64,000 nt of DNA from an uncultured Chloroflexia bacterium (GCA_963752475.1 CAVVYR010000007.1:32001-96000), one strand, 5' to 3'. Counted from the first letter of the stretch, positions 17,749-29,128 are shown. Translations and numbers: made by a program. Notes: a model not told the origin generated them from the sequence alone.

Positions 17749-18369
17749 ATGTGGCGCACCTTCTCCACCGCACATGGTGGCTGTTTCCCCCTGCACGGAG
17801 ACCCTGGACCTGCGTTCCCCGCCACTCATCATCACGGGACGCGCGAGGAGTCGTTGAGCACACGGCCCACCCTCGGGTCGGTGACGGTTCCGGACCTCGT
17901 CGGCATGTCATCGCAGGATGCTCGACGCACGGCGCGATTGAGTGAGCTCGGTCTGTTCCTCGAGGAGAAGCCTGCCGACTCCGGCCTTCGCGGTCGTGTG
18001 ATCCGGCAGGACCCCGAACCGGGTACCCTCGCGCGACCCGGAGACGTCATCGACGCCCAGGTCGGAGGGAGGCCGGGAGTGGCCGTTCCCGATGTGCGCG
18101 GAGCTGACGAGCAGGACGCGCTGGTGTCGCTGCGCACGGCCGGTCTGACCCCGACTCGGCGTGTCGTACGACGGTCCAGCTCCGTCGCGCCAGGCCTCGT
18201 GATCCGTACTCGCCCCCGCGCCGGCACCGAGGTCCCGGTCGGGACCCGTGTCAGCTACGTGATCGCATCCGCGGCGCGCGAACGGGCATCCGCGAAGCGA
18301 GCGGCCAGGCGGTCACGGGTGCGATGGATCCCCGATGGGGCCTTCCTCTCCATGCCGGACCGGGAGTGA
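17749..18369 (+). CDS. PASTA-domain protein (two domains; alternative TTG start at 17854)
   Basis: VTVPDLVGMSSQDARR...GRVIRQDPEPGT and VAVPDVRG...SSVAPGLVIRTRPRAGTEVPVGTRVSYVI. Confidence 0.88.
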   Translation: MWRTFSTAHGGCFPLHGDPGPAFPATHHHGTREESLSTRPTLGSVTVPDLVGMSSQDARRTARLSELGLFLEEKPADSGLRGRVIRQDPEPGTLARPGDVIDAQVGGRPGVAVPDVRGADEQDALVSLRTAGLTPTRRVVRRSSSVAPGLVIRTRPRAGTEVPVGTRVSYVIASAARERASAKRAARRSRVRWIPDGAFLSMPDRE

Positions 18370-19188
18370 ACGCGCTGGCCGAGGCGGGTAGCGGCCGTCG
18401 GGTCGCGAGCACCTGGGACGAGGGCAGCGCGTACGAGTCGTTCATGGGGCGATGGAGCCGACTCATCGCAGCCAGCTTCGTGGAGTGGCTCGACATCGCG
18501 CCCGGTGGGATCTGGCTCGACGTGGGTTGTGGGACTGGAGCCCTCACCTCGGCGATCTGTGACATGGCCGACCCCGTCGCGGTCACCGGGATGGATGCAT
18601 CACCCGAGTTCGTCTCGCACGCGGCCGATCTCTCGTGCACCGACACGGCTAGCTACGTCGTGGGAGAGGCGTCGTCGATACCGTTCGTCGACGGCATCTT
18701 CGATGTCGCCGTGTCAGGACTCGTCCTCAACTTCCTGCCGGACCCGGTCGCGGCGCTCAACGAGCAATCGCGCGTCGTCGCCCCGTCCGGAACGATCGCC
18801 GCCTACGTCTGGGACTACGCCGAGGGGATGCGGCTGCTCCGCCACTTCTGGGATGTGGCGAGGCGGGTCGTCCCGTCGGCCGTCGCGCTTGATGAGGCAG
18901 TGCGCTTCACCAACTGCGACTCCCAGAGGTCTCGAGCGCATGTTCGAGGCTGCCGGGTTGGGCCCGGTGGCCACGACGACGCTGGAGACCGAGAGCACCT
19001 TCCGCGACTTCGACGAGCTCTGGGCCTCGTTCCTGTCTGGACAGGGGCCTGCGCCAGGGTTCGTCGCCACCCTTGACGATACCGATCGGGCGTCGCTCAG
19101 GGATGGCCTCGCGACGGTCTTGCCAGTGGGTTCGGACGGTTCGATCCGTCTTGCAGCACGGGCCTGGGCCATCCGCGCCAGCGCCTGA
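18366..19188 (+). CDS. Class I SAM-dependent methyltransferase (frameshift near 18920)
   Basis: YESFMGRWSR, WLDVGCGTGAL, FDVAVSGLVLNF, AAYVWDY; C-terminus GQGPAP...ARAWAIR in a second frame; GTGA overlap with the PASTA gene. Confidence 0.88.
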
Positions 19189-19252
19189 ACCATGGTCGTG
19201 AGTGCCGCGAGACGGCGCGTCGTGGATTGCGGATTCTTCATCGATGATCAGA

Positions 19253-19282
19253 TTGACAATCGCCTCCATTAGGCGTACACCT
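19253..19282 (+). promoter_or_regulatory. Probable sigma70 promoter of groESL
   Basis: TTGACA at 19253-19258, 17 bp to TACACC(T); -10 imperfect. Confidence 0.55.
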
Positions 19283-19288
19283 ACCGTC

Positions 19289-19315
19289 TTAGCACTCTCA
19301 TTGGTAGAGTGCTAA
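19289..19315 (+). promoter_or_regulatory. CIRCE element (HrcA operator)
   Basis: Perfect TTAGCACTC-N9-GAGTGCTAA upstream of groES. Confidence 0.97.
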
Positions 19316-19355
19316 TCGGCCCACCCGAGGGCTGGTATCCAGGAGGACACCTCAG

Positions 19356-21348
<1,993 letters not shown>

Positions 21349-21629
21349 CGGTTTCGAGCGCCCACGTCGCCGATCGACGGCTGTGGCGACCACGTTGATC
21401 CAGATCCCTGAGCCCATCGTCGAACACGTCGGGGTGGACGACCCCGGGACCGCTCACGGCGGAAGTCCTCGGCGGATGCCAGGCCCGCCCGTCCCAGGCG
21501 GTCTGGTGACACGCGTGCGAGCGCCCGTCGTTCCGCCGACGAAGGTTCGACGCATCGGCATGAGGCCATCGGGGCCCAGCATCCGTTGAGATCGCCGGGT
21601 CTTCGGCGGTAGTCGAAGGGACTGGACCG

Positions 21630-21842
21630 ATGGAGTATCGAGCCATCTCAGTGCCGTGGTTGCATGAGACTGAGCAGCGAGAGGCGCCGGGCATCTACCG
21701 GGCAACGAGGCACGAGGCTGCCGTCAACGAACTCGCTCGTGACGGGTGGGAGTTGGCGACGACCACGTATCTGCCCGACGCTGATCGTGCCGGCATGGGC
21801 CGGATCATGATGTTCTTCAAGCGACCGCTTCGAACGAACTAG
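21630..21842 (+). CDS. DUF4177-like small protein
   Basis: MEYR...VNELARDGWEL...FFKRP pattern. Confidence 0.7.
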   Translation: MEYRAISVPWLHETEQREAPGIYRATRHEAAVNELARDGWELATTTYLPDADRAGMGRIMMFFKRPLRTN

Positions 21843-21893
21843 GCGTTCTAGCTCTGGCGCCACTCGACCACCCGGAGCATCGGTTTGGTGCCT

Positions 21894-21921
21894 TGCGTCT
21901 GGCTCTCGCCGGGCGCGCCAT
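21894..21921 (+). repeat. 28-bp direct repeat copy 2; tRNA-3'-end-like att scar candidate
   Basis: TGCGTCTGGCTCTCGCCGGGCGCGCCAT, 27/28 identical to 4073-4100. Confidence 0.7.
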
Positions 21922-22089
21922 TCCCCCTTGGCGTCTTGTCCGCGCCTCTGGCCTCCGCGTCGCACAGCGGGCAGACGCGTCTCCGGCGGGTCGGTTTCGA
22001 GGTGACAGGGCAGGTCGCTATCGCTACGATCGAGTCGGCACATCAGCCCGCCGATCCTGCGGGGCAGCGAAGCCTTAGGGGAGAGAACG

Positions 22090-22995
22090 ATGATGCTCCA
22101 TCCACGCCGAGCGGCGCTACTCGGAACGCTCACCATGGCGCTTGTGATGGCTGCGCCCGCCGCGGCCCAGAGCGAGCCCGTGCCCTATCTGGACCCGGAG
22201 GGTACGGAGCTGGGGGCGATCACCATCCGTGAGATCGCCGACCCCTACGCCGAGTTCGAGCCGACGCGACCGCCTGCCGAAGGTCAGCGCTATGCGCTGC
22301 TGACGGTGACATTCGAGGCTGCAGAAGACCAGACGTTCCCGACGGACCCCCGATTGATCCAGTTGCAGGACTCCGCTGGCTACCTGCACTTCCCCGGCAG
22401 CGTCCCGCGTCCGGCGGATGCGACGCTACCGGAGCTCCAGAGCCAGGTCCTCGCGCCCTTCGATCGTGTCAGCGGGGTCGTGGGCTACGTCCTCCCTGCG
22501 GAAGCCGACATCGTGCGCATCCTGTATCGCGGGGACGGCAGCCGACTCATGCCCATCGCTGCTCCAGGTGCCACCGGTGCGGTCGCGATCGCGGAAGCGC
22601 AGACCTTGGCCGACGCAGAGGGCACCCCCCTCGGCAGCATCACCGTCCGCGAGATGGCCGACCCGTACACGGACTTCGAGCCCACCCGTCCACCGGCTGA
22701 AGGCCAGCGCTATGTGCTCCTGACGGCGGTCTTCGAAGCCGCTGAGGACCAGGCCCTGTATGCCGACCCGAGGGCCATCTATGTGGTCGATCGCAACGGC
22801 ACCGTCTACCGGCCGGCACAGGTCCCGCGGCCCGCCGGCGAGCTGCTGCAGAACCTGGAGCTCCAGCCGCTGTCCCCGGCGGACCGCATCTCCGGCGTCG
22901 TCGGCTACCAGGTCCCGGCCGACGCCGTCCTCGACTCGATCGTCTACGAGTCAGAGACCAACCGCTTCGTACCGATCGCCGACATCGGCGGGTGA
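22090..22995 (+). CDS. Secreted protein with two tandem DUF4352-like Ig-fold domains
   Basis: Signal peptide ...LVMAAPAAAQ; duplicated ADPY..FEPTRPPAEGQRY.LLT..FEAAEDQ ... DR.SGVVGY..PA. Confidence 0.8.
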   Translation: MMLHPRRAALLGTLTMALVMAAPAAAQSEPVPYLDPEGTELGAITIREIADPYAEFEPTRPPAEGQRYALLTVTFEAAEDQTFPTDPRLIQLQDSAGYLHFPGSVPRPADATLPELQSQVLAPFDRVSGVVGYVLPAEADIVRILYRGDGSRLMPIAAPGATGAVAIAEAQTLADAEGTPLGSITVREMADPYTDFEPTRPPAEGQRYVLLTAVFEAAEDQALYADPRAIYVVDRNGTVYRPAQVPRPAGELLQNLELQPLSPADRISGVVGYQVPADAVLDSIVYESETNRFVPIADIGG

Positions 22996-23062
22996 GGCGG
23001 CCTCCGCCGGCCGCTGTCGTATCCGACACTTCTTGGGCTGCAGGACGGCTACGATTCATCCC

Positions 23063-24124
23063 ATGAGCCGACACCACTACGGGGCCAGGGTCCGCGACTT
23101 CACCGAAGCTGGTCGCCGCGTCCTCGCGCTGGAGAACGAGCTGATCCGCGTGGAGCTGCTGCCGGACAAGGGCAGCGACATCGTCTCGTTCGTCCACAAG
23201 CCGACCGATACCGATTTCATGTGGCGCACCGCCAAGGGGCTGCGCCCGCCCATCCCCGGCGGGAGGTTGCCCGGCCCCAGTGACGCGGTCAACTTCGACG
23301 AGTACGAAGGCGGCTGGATGGAGTGCTTCCCCAACGGCGGCGGCGGCCTCACCTACCGCGGCGCGCCGCTGCCGTTCCACGGCGAGCTGTGGTCGGCCGG
23401 CTGGGACGTGGCCATCGCAGAGGACACCCCCGAACGCGTTTCGGTGACCCTCACCGTCGAGACCCCGCGCACGCCCTTCCGCGTCCAGAAGCGACTCACG
23501 CTCCAGTCCGGCCGCGCCGCGCTGATCATCGACGAGTCGATCACCAACCTGTCATCGACCCCGATCGACTACATGTGGGGCCATCATCCGGTCTTCGGGC
23601 CTCCGTTCCTCGACGAGACCTGCCGCATCGATATCCCCGCCGCGAGCGGCTCGACCTCGCGCCCGGGCCCGATGCCCACGAGCGCGATCGAGTTCGACAC
23701 CGAGTTCGACTGGCCGCACGCACCACTCATCGACGGCGGCACCACGGACCTCACGGTCATCCCGAGCCCCGACGAGGGACGCCTCGAGTGGGCCTGCCTC
23801 AAGGAGCTCCGCGAAGGCTGGTACGGCATCACCAGCGCGAGCCGCAACGTCGGCTTCGGTCTGCGCTGGGACGTCGAGGTCTTCCCCTTCGTCTGGTACT
23901 GGCAGTGCTGGGGTGGCGAGCCCGACTATCCCTGGTGGGGCCGCCACTACAACTGTGCGCTCGAGCCCTGGACCAGCTGGCCCGACGGACTCGACAACGC
24001 CATGGCCAACGGCACCGCCCGCGTGCTCGACGGGGACGCCACCGTGGAGACCCGCCTCATCGCCGTGGCCTACGCGGACCGCGAGCGCATCGGCGGCATC
24101 GACGAGGCCGGCGAGGTCTACTAG
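23063..24124 (+). CDS. Aldose 1-epimerase-like / DUF4432 family (galactose mutarotase fold)
   Basis: LENELIRVELLPDKGSDIVSF.HKPTD, GGWMECFPN, FHGELW, YMWGHHP.FG.PFL, ALEPWTS. Confidence 0.85.
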   Translation: MSRHHYGARVRDFTEAGRRVLALENELIRVELLPDKGSDIVSFVHKPTDTDFMWRTAKGLRPPIPGGRLPGPSDAVNFDEYEGGWMECFPNGGGGLTYRGAPLPFHGELWSAGWDVAIAEDTPERVSVTLTVETPRTPFRVQKRLTLQSGRAALIIDESITNLSSTPIDYMWGHHPVFGPPFLDETCRIDIPAASGSTSRPGPMPTSAIEFDTEFDWPHAPLIDGGTTDLTVIPSPDEGRLEWACLKELREGWYGITSASRNVGFGLRWDVEVFPFVWYWQCWGGEPDYPWWGRHYNCALEPWTSWPDGLDNAMANGTARVLDGDATVETRLIAVAYADRERIGGIDEAGEVY

Positions 24125-24138
24125 AGCAGCGACCGACC

Positions 24139-25380
24139 CTACGGATACGACAGCGAGCCATCCCGCTTGCGCGCCTGCGTCCATTCGATGACCTCGGCCT
24201 GCGCCCCGAATCGCCCGGCAGCGCTCTCGTCCACGTCGATCCCCAAGCCCGGGCGCTCGTTGGGGTAGAGATACCCGTCCCGCAGCTCGGGCAGGCCGTC
24301 GAAGATCTCCGCCTCCTGCTCGCTGAACGAGGGGAACTCCTGGATGCCGAAGGCGTGGCTGGCGAGGTCGAGGTGGAGCTGTGCGGCGTGGCCGACCGGC
24401 GAGACGTCCTTGGGCCCGTGCCACGCCGTCCGCACGCCGTGCGCCTCGCACACCTGGGCCGCGCGCCAGGCCGGGGTCAGGCCACCGACCGCCGAGACGT
24501 GCAGCCGAAGGAAGTCGATGAGCTTGCCGCTGACGAGCGGCAGCCACTCGGCCGGGTGGACGAACAGCTCGCCGACCGCCTGTGGTGTCGTCGTCGCTGC
24601 TCGCAGGCGCTCGTACCAGTCGAGGTGCTCCGGCGGCAGCGCGTCCTCGAGGAAGAGCAGCCCGAATGGCTCCAGCCGCCGGGCGAAGTCGACCGCATCC
24701 GCGGGGGCCAGGCGCGAGTGGACGTCGTGCAGGAGCCCCACGTCCTGGCCCAGCCGATCACGCAGGAGCCCAAGCGCCTCGATCGTCGTGCGTTGGTAGA
24801 CACCTGCGTCGAAGTAATCACCCGGCAGGGCACCATCAGGCGGTGAGCCGGCCAGGGTCGCTCCACCGTACCCGGCGGTCGCGGCAGCCAGGTCGCCCAA
24901 CGGCCGCGGGTCCTTGCTCAGCTGCACGCGGACGTTGCGCACGCCCTGCTCCACGAGCGCGGCCGCCTGGTCGCCCAGCTCCTCGGCATCGCGCCCCGAG
25001 GCATGCTGGTACACCTCCGCTGCCTCTCGGACCTTGCCACCGAGCAGGTCGTAGACCGGCATCCCGGCCCGCTTGCCCTTGATGTCCCAGAGCGCCTGGT
25101 CGACCCCGCTGACCGCGTTGTTCAGCACCGGCCCGTTGCGCCAGTAGCCGTTGACGTGCATCAGCCGCCAGAGCTCGCCGATGCGCGCCGGATCGCGACC
25201 CACCACCAGCGGCTCGAGGTAGGTCTCGACGACCTCGACCGCGGCCGCATACCGCTGCGTGAACGTGGCGCAGCCCCAGCCGTACAGCCCCGGCTCCGAG
25301 GTCTGCACCTTGACCAGCACCAGGTTCTCGGTCGTGGGCCGCACCGCGATGGCGCGGACGGACTCGATCGTGAGCGTCAC
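24139..25380 (-). CDS. Enolase-superfamily acid-sugar dehydratase, mannonate dehydratase (ManD/RspA) subgroup
   Basis: GYWRNGPVLNNAVSGVDQALWDIKGK, LLHDVH, FLEDAL.PE, AVGELF, RTAWHGP.D.SPVG. Confidence 0.9.
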   Translation of the reverse strand: MTLTIESVRAIAVRPTTENLVLVKVQTSEPGLYGWGCATFTQRYAAAVEVVETYLEPLVVGRDPARIGELWRLMHVNGYWRNGPVLNNAVSGVDQALWDIKGKRAGMPVYDLLGGKVREAAEVYQHASGRDAEELGDQAAALVEQGVRNVRVQLSKDPRPLGDLAAATAGYGGATLAGSPPDGALPGDYFDAGVYQRTTIEALGLLRDRLGQDVGLLHDVHSRLAPADAVDFARRLEPFGLLFLEDALPPEHLDWYERLRAATTTPQAVGELFVHPAEWLPLVSGKLIDFLRLHVSAVGGLTPAWRAAQVCEAHGVRTAWHGPKDVSPVGHAAQLHLDLASHAFGIQEFPSFSEQEAEIFDGLPELRDGYLYPNERPGLGIDVDESAAGRFGAQAEVIEWTQARKRDGSLSYP

Positions 25381-26126
25381 CTCGTCGTCCCCTGGGCCAG
25401 GTAGCCGCCGTCGATGATGAAGTCCTGCCCCGTGATCCAGGCCGCGTCATCGGACAGCAGGAAGGCCACCAGGCCCGCGACGTCGCTCGGCTGCCCGATC
25501 CGGCCGAGCGGATACATCTCGATATGGCGCTGGTGTTCGGCCCCAGGATCGTCACTGGCGGCGATGTAGCGCTCGTACATCGGCGTCTCGATGGTGCCCG
25601 GACAGACCGCGTTGCAGCGGATGCCATCGGGCGCGCCGTCCATGGCGATGCCGCGGGTCATGCCCAGCACGGCGGCCTTGCTCGCAGAGTAGGCCAGCTG
25701 CCCGGGGCCGCTGTTGTAGGCCATGATCGAGGCGCAGTTGACGATCGAGCCGCCACCGGCTGCGCGCATGGGGCCGAAGGCGTGCTTGGCCGCGAGCATG
25801 TCGCCCGCGACGTTGACGTCGAGCATCCGATGCCAGTCGTCGAGCGTCTGCTGTTCGACCGAGGCGCCGACCATGATGCCGGCGTTGTTGACCACGCCGT
25901 GCAGCCGACCTTCCGGGTCGCACGCCGCCAGGACGGCCTCGCGCACGACTTCCTCGTCGGCCACGCTGCCGACGACCGAGTCGATCCCGGTCGCCTCGGG
26001 CCCGACCTGTTCGAGGTCGAGGACGGTGACCGCGGCACCCTCGTCTGTCAGTCGTCGTGCGACCCCGGCACCGATGCCGCTGGCACCACCGGTCACCAGG
26101 ATGTGCTTGCCCACGAAACGCTCCAT
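25377..26126 (-). CDS. SDR family oxidoreductase
   Basis: VTGGASGIG, VNNAG, YSASK, IRCNAVCPG, ITGQDFIIDGG. Confidence 0.93.
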   Translation of the reverse strand: MERFVGKHILVTGGASGIGAGVARRLTDEGAAVTVLDLEQVGPEATGIDSVVGSVADEEVVREAVLAACDPEGRLHGVVNNAGIMVGASVEQQTLDDWHRMLDVNVAGDMLAAKHAFGPMRAAGGGSIVNCASIMAYNSGPGQLAYSASKAAVLGMTRGIAMDGAPDGIRCNAVCPGTIETPMYERYIAASDDPGAEHQRHIEMYPLGRIGQPSDVAGLVAFLLSDDAAWITGQDFIIDGGYLAQGTTR

Positions 26127-26187
26127 CGCGCCACGATAGCGCGTGAGGAAGCCTACGGAGCGATTGTCGGGCCGGGGCTCGCGGGGC

Positions 26188-27339
26188 CTACCAGTTGGTG
26201 ACGGAGCCGTCCTTTCGCTTCCAGTGCGGCGCTTCCCAGAACCGGAAGTCGTCCGTGCCGATGAGGCTCTCGTCGATCTCGATGCCCAGCCCAGGCGCAT
26301 CGTCGACCCGGTAGACCACGCCATCGAGCCTCGGCCGACGCGCGAAAAGCTCGGGGTCGTCTTCGGCGAGGTAGTCATCGGCCTCGCCCACGCGCACCTC
26401 CAGCCAGGCGAAGTTCGGCACCGCGGCCGCGAGGTGGATCGAGGCGGCCGTGCAGATCGGCCCCAGCGGATCGTGGGGCATGAGGTCGACGTAGTGTGCC
26501 TCGCTCCAGGCGGCCACCTTCATCGCCTCGGTCAGCCCGCCCACGTTGCACACGTCGAGGCGGTTGAACTGGTGGATGTCGCGCTCGATGTACGGCAGGA
26601 ACTGCCACTTCGAGGCGAACTCCTCGCCCACCGCGAACGGGATCGTCGTCATCCGTCGTAGCGCCTCGTAGGCCTCCGGCGTCTCGTCGCGGATGGGTTC
26701 TTCCAGGAAGTCGAGCGTGCCCGCGGGCAGCTTGGCGCAGAACGAGGCGGCCTCCGCCACCGACAGGCGGTGATGCCAGTCGATGCCCAGCACGACCTCT
26801 GGGCCCAGCGCCTCACGCGCCCGCACGCACAGGTCCGCCGAGGCCGCGATCGACTCGCGTGGCTCGAAGACCTCGCTGCCGTCGTCGACGGGGAAGAGGC
26901 GGATGCAGCCCCAGCCCTGGTCCTTCAGTCCGTACGCCTGCGCCAGCGCGGTCTCGACGTCACGCGCCGTGGCGCTCGCGAAGGTCGGCACCGTGTCGCG
27001 CTGTCGGCCGCCGAGCAGCTCGTAGACCGGTACGCCCAGCGCTTTGCCCTTGAGGTCGTGAAGTGCGATGTCGACCGCCGAGATCGCCGCCTGCAGCACG
27101 CGCCCGCCCTCGAAGTACTGCGATCGATACATCTCCTGCCACAGTGCGCCGATGGCCATCGGGTCACGGCCCACGAGGAACCGCTCGAAGTGCGCCAGCG
27201 CCCCGAGGACCGCCTGCTCGCGCCCGGAGAGCCCACTCTCACCCCAGCCGAAGACGCCCTCGTCGGTCTCGACCTTGACGATGAGCTGGTTGCGGGCCCC
27301 GATCCAGACGGGAAACGGGCGAACGGCGGTGATCCTCAC
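26188..27339 (-). CDS. Mandelate racemase/muconate lactonizing family, galactonate dehydratase (DgoD)-like
   Basis: YRSQYFEGG, SAVDIALHDLKGK, IDWHHR, FLEEP, AVGEE, MPHDPLGP. Confidence 0.9.
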   Translation of the reverse strand: MRITAVRPFPVWIGARNQLIVKVETDEGVFGWGESGLSGREQAVLGALAHFERFLVGRDPMAIGALWQEMYRSQYFEGGRVLQAAISAVDIALHDLKGKALGVPVYELLGGRQRDTVPTFASATARDVETALAQAYGLKDQGWGCIRLFPVDDGSEVFEPRESIAASADLCVRAREALGPEVVLGIDWHHRLSVAEAASFCAKLPAGTLDFLEEPIRDETPEAYEALRRMTTIPFAVGEEFASKWQFLPYIERDIHQFNRLDVCNVGGLTEAMKVAAWSEAHYVDLMPHDPLGPICTAASIHLAAAVPNFAWLEVRVGEADDYLAEDDPELFARRPRLDGVVYRVDDAPGLGIEIDESLIGTDDFRFWEAPHWKRKDGSVTNW

Positions 27340-27348
27340 CCGGTGATG

Positions 27349-27867
27349 CTAGCGCGACGAGACCGGTAGCCGATACATCAGCTCCTCGCCCGACTCGTCG
27401 TCGGCCACGAAGCCTTGTCGCTCCAGCAGCCGGATCGAGGCGGTGTTCTCACGGGCCACGCCACCGATGATCGAACAGACCTCCGGCCGCGCGCGGCACC
27501 AGGCCACGATGCCACCGAGCAGCTCGCTGCCGAGGCCCTGGCCCCAGGCCTCTTCGGCCAGCAGGTAGCCCAGCCGCACCTCGACGCCGTCATCGGTCGG
27601 CTCCTCGAACAGCAGCACCAGGCCCACCGGCCGGTCACTCTCCCGTGAGACGACCATCAGCACCGGCCCCTCCGCGTCCCGCTCGGCGATCCACACTGAG
27701 GCTCGCGCGCGCGTGTACGCACCTTGCCAGTGCGGCGGCAGCCAGCGTGTGACCGGCTCGGTCAGCATCTGGGAGATCACGGTCGGCAGGTCCTCCACCG
27801 ACCCAGCCGCGGTCTCGTGCCAGGCACAGGCGCTCAGCCGCTCCGTCTCGAACGTCGCCTCGGACAC
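27349..27867 (-). CDS. GNAT N-acetyltransferase (RimJ/RimL type)
   Basis: FETERL, RLGYLLAEEAWGQGLGSE, ENTASIRLLERQGF. Confidence 0.9.
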   Translation of the reverse strand: MSEATFETERLSACAWHETAAGSVEDLPTVISQMLTEPVTRWLPPHWQGAYTRARASVWIAERDAEGPVLMVVSRESDRPVGLVLLFEEPTDDGVEVRLGYLLAEEAWGQGLGSELLGGIVAWCRARPEVCSIIGGVARENTASIRLLERQGFVADDESGEELMYRLPVSSR

Positions 27868-28008
27868 TGTCGCACCACCTTTCGCTGCCCGTCTGCAGGG
27901 TAGCTGGCGGCAACGCAGCGGTCGGCGATTGCGTTGCGAGGGATAATCGGAGTGTCACAGACTGAGCCGTCCCCCAGCTCCGTACGTAGCAGCGGGGGAG
28001 AGCATCCC

Positions 28009-29019
28009 ATGTCCAGACATCCCACCGGTCGCGTAGTGGCGCTCTGCGCCTCAGTGGCCCTTCTGGCCAGCTTCACCGTCGCCGTCCCGGTCGCGGCCGA
28101 GGAGACCTACACCTGCCTTGGGCATGAGGCCACGATCGTGGGCACAGCCGGCGCGGATGTCCTCGAAGGCACGCCCGGGGCCGACGTCATCGTCGGACGC
28201 GGCGGGGCCGACATCATCTACGGCCTCGGCGGCAACGACCTCATCTGCGGCGGCCTGGGTGCCGATCGTATCGTGGGCAACGGCGGCAACGACCGCATCC
28301 TCGGCAATGCCGGGCCCGACCGCATGTTCGGCGGCCGCGGCCACGACCGCATGTTCGGCGGCGTGGGCAACGACCTGCTCGCGGGCCGCAAAGGCAGCGA
28401 CCTGCTCGACGGCGGCCCGGGCACCGACCGCTGCTACCAGAACCTGGGCTCCGGCATCGAAGCTCGTTGCGAGTTGCCGGCCAAGGTGGTGAAGGCACCC
28501 GAGCCGAAGAACCTGGCCGTCGCCTACTCGAACCTCGATGGAGTCGACGGTTTCCAGGAAGGCGGCAAGGACGTCCTCATCGCCAAGCTCGTCGACACCA
28601 ACCTGGATGGGGTGCTCAGCAAGGGCGACTCCGTCGTGATGGGCAAGTACCCCACCAAGCTGCAACCAGGGGCACCGTATGCTGCTTGGAGCGAGAAGAA
28701 CCACGTGGTCGAGAAGATCGACTTGGCAGACAAGGACGAAGTGCATCTCATCTCGACGAGCGGCGGCACTCACGTTTGGATCACTGCCGAAGACCAGGAG
28801 GTCTATTCGGAAGGAGGCACCGTGAACGGCGCCAGCCCAGCCGTCAGTCGACCTGAGAGTGGGATCGGGGACTGGATCCTCGACGATTCTGAGATGGACA
28901 AGATCACCGTGCAACTCGGTTCACCCAGCTTGCCGGCCACGGCGGCCTGCGACGCGAACACCGATCCCGGCAGCCAGTCGTTCCTCGACGTGGACATCAA
29001 CGTCAAGGTCACGTACTAG
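28009..29019 (+). CDS. Secreted Ca-binding protein with hemolysin-type (RTX) nonapeptide repeats
   Basis: Signal peptide ...VAVPVAA; TC.G..ATIVGT.G.D; repeated GGxGxDx[LI]; DTNLDG EF-hand-like motif. Confidence 0.85.
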   Translation: MSRHPTGRVVALCASVALLASFTVAVPVAAEETYTCLGHEATIVGTAGADVLEGTPGADVIVGRGGADIIYGLGGNDLICGGLGADRIVGNGGNDRILGNAGPDRMFGGRGHDRMFGGVGNDLLAGRKGSDLLDGGPGTDRCYQNLGSGIEARCELPAKVVKAPEPKNLAVAYSNLDGVDGFQEGGKDVLIAKLVDTNLDGVLSKGDSVVMGKYPTKLQPGAPYAAWSEKNHVVEKIDLADKDEVHLISTSGGTHVWITAEDQEVYSEGGTVNGASPAVSRPESGIGDWILDDSEMDKITVQLGSPSLPATAACDANTDPGSQSFLDVDINVKVTY

Positions 29020-29104
29020 CCCGACCGACCGAGGGGTACGCCCACAGGTCGAGCCTCCGTCGACGCTGCTGCCCACGTGGCGCATGACAAGCATCGACTC
29101 GGAC

Positions 29105-29116
29105 GCATCATGATGC
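29105..29116. promoter_or_regulatory. Palindrome GCATCATGATGC, probable antitoxin operator
   Basis: Perfect 12-bp palindrome 12 bp upstream of the vapB ATG. Confidence 0.55.
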
Positions 29117-29128
29117 CAAACTCAGTGC

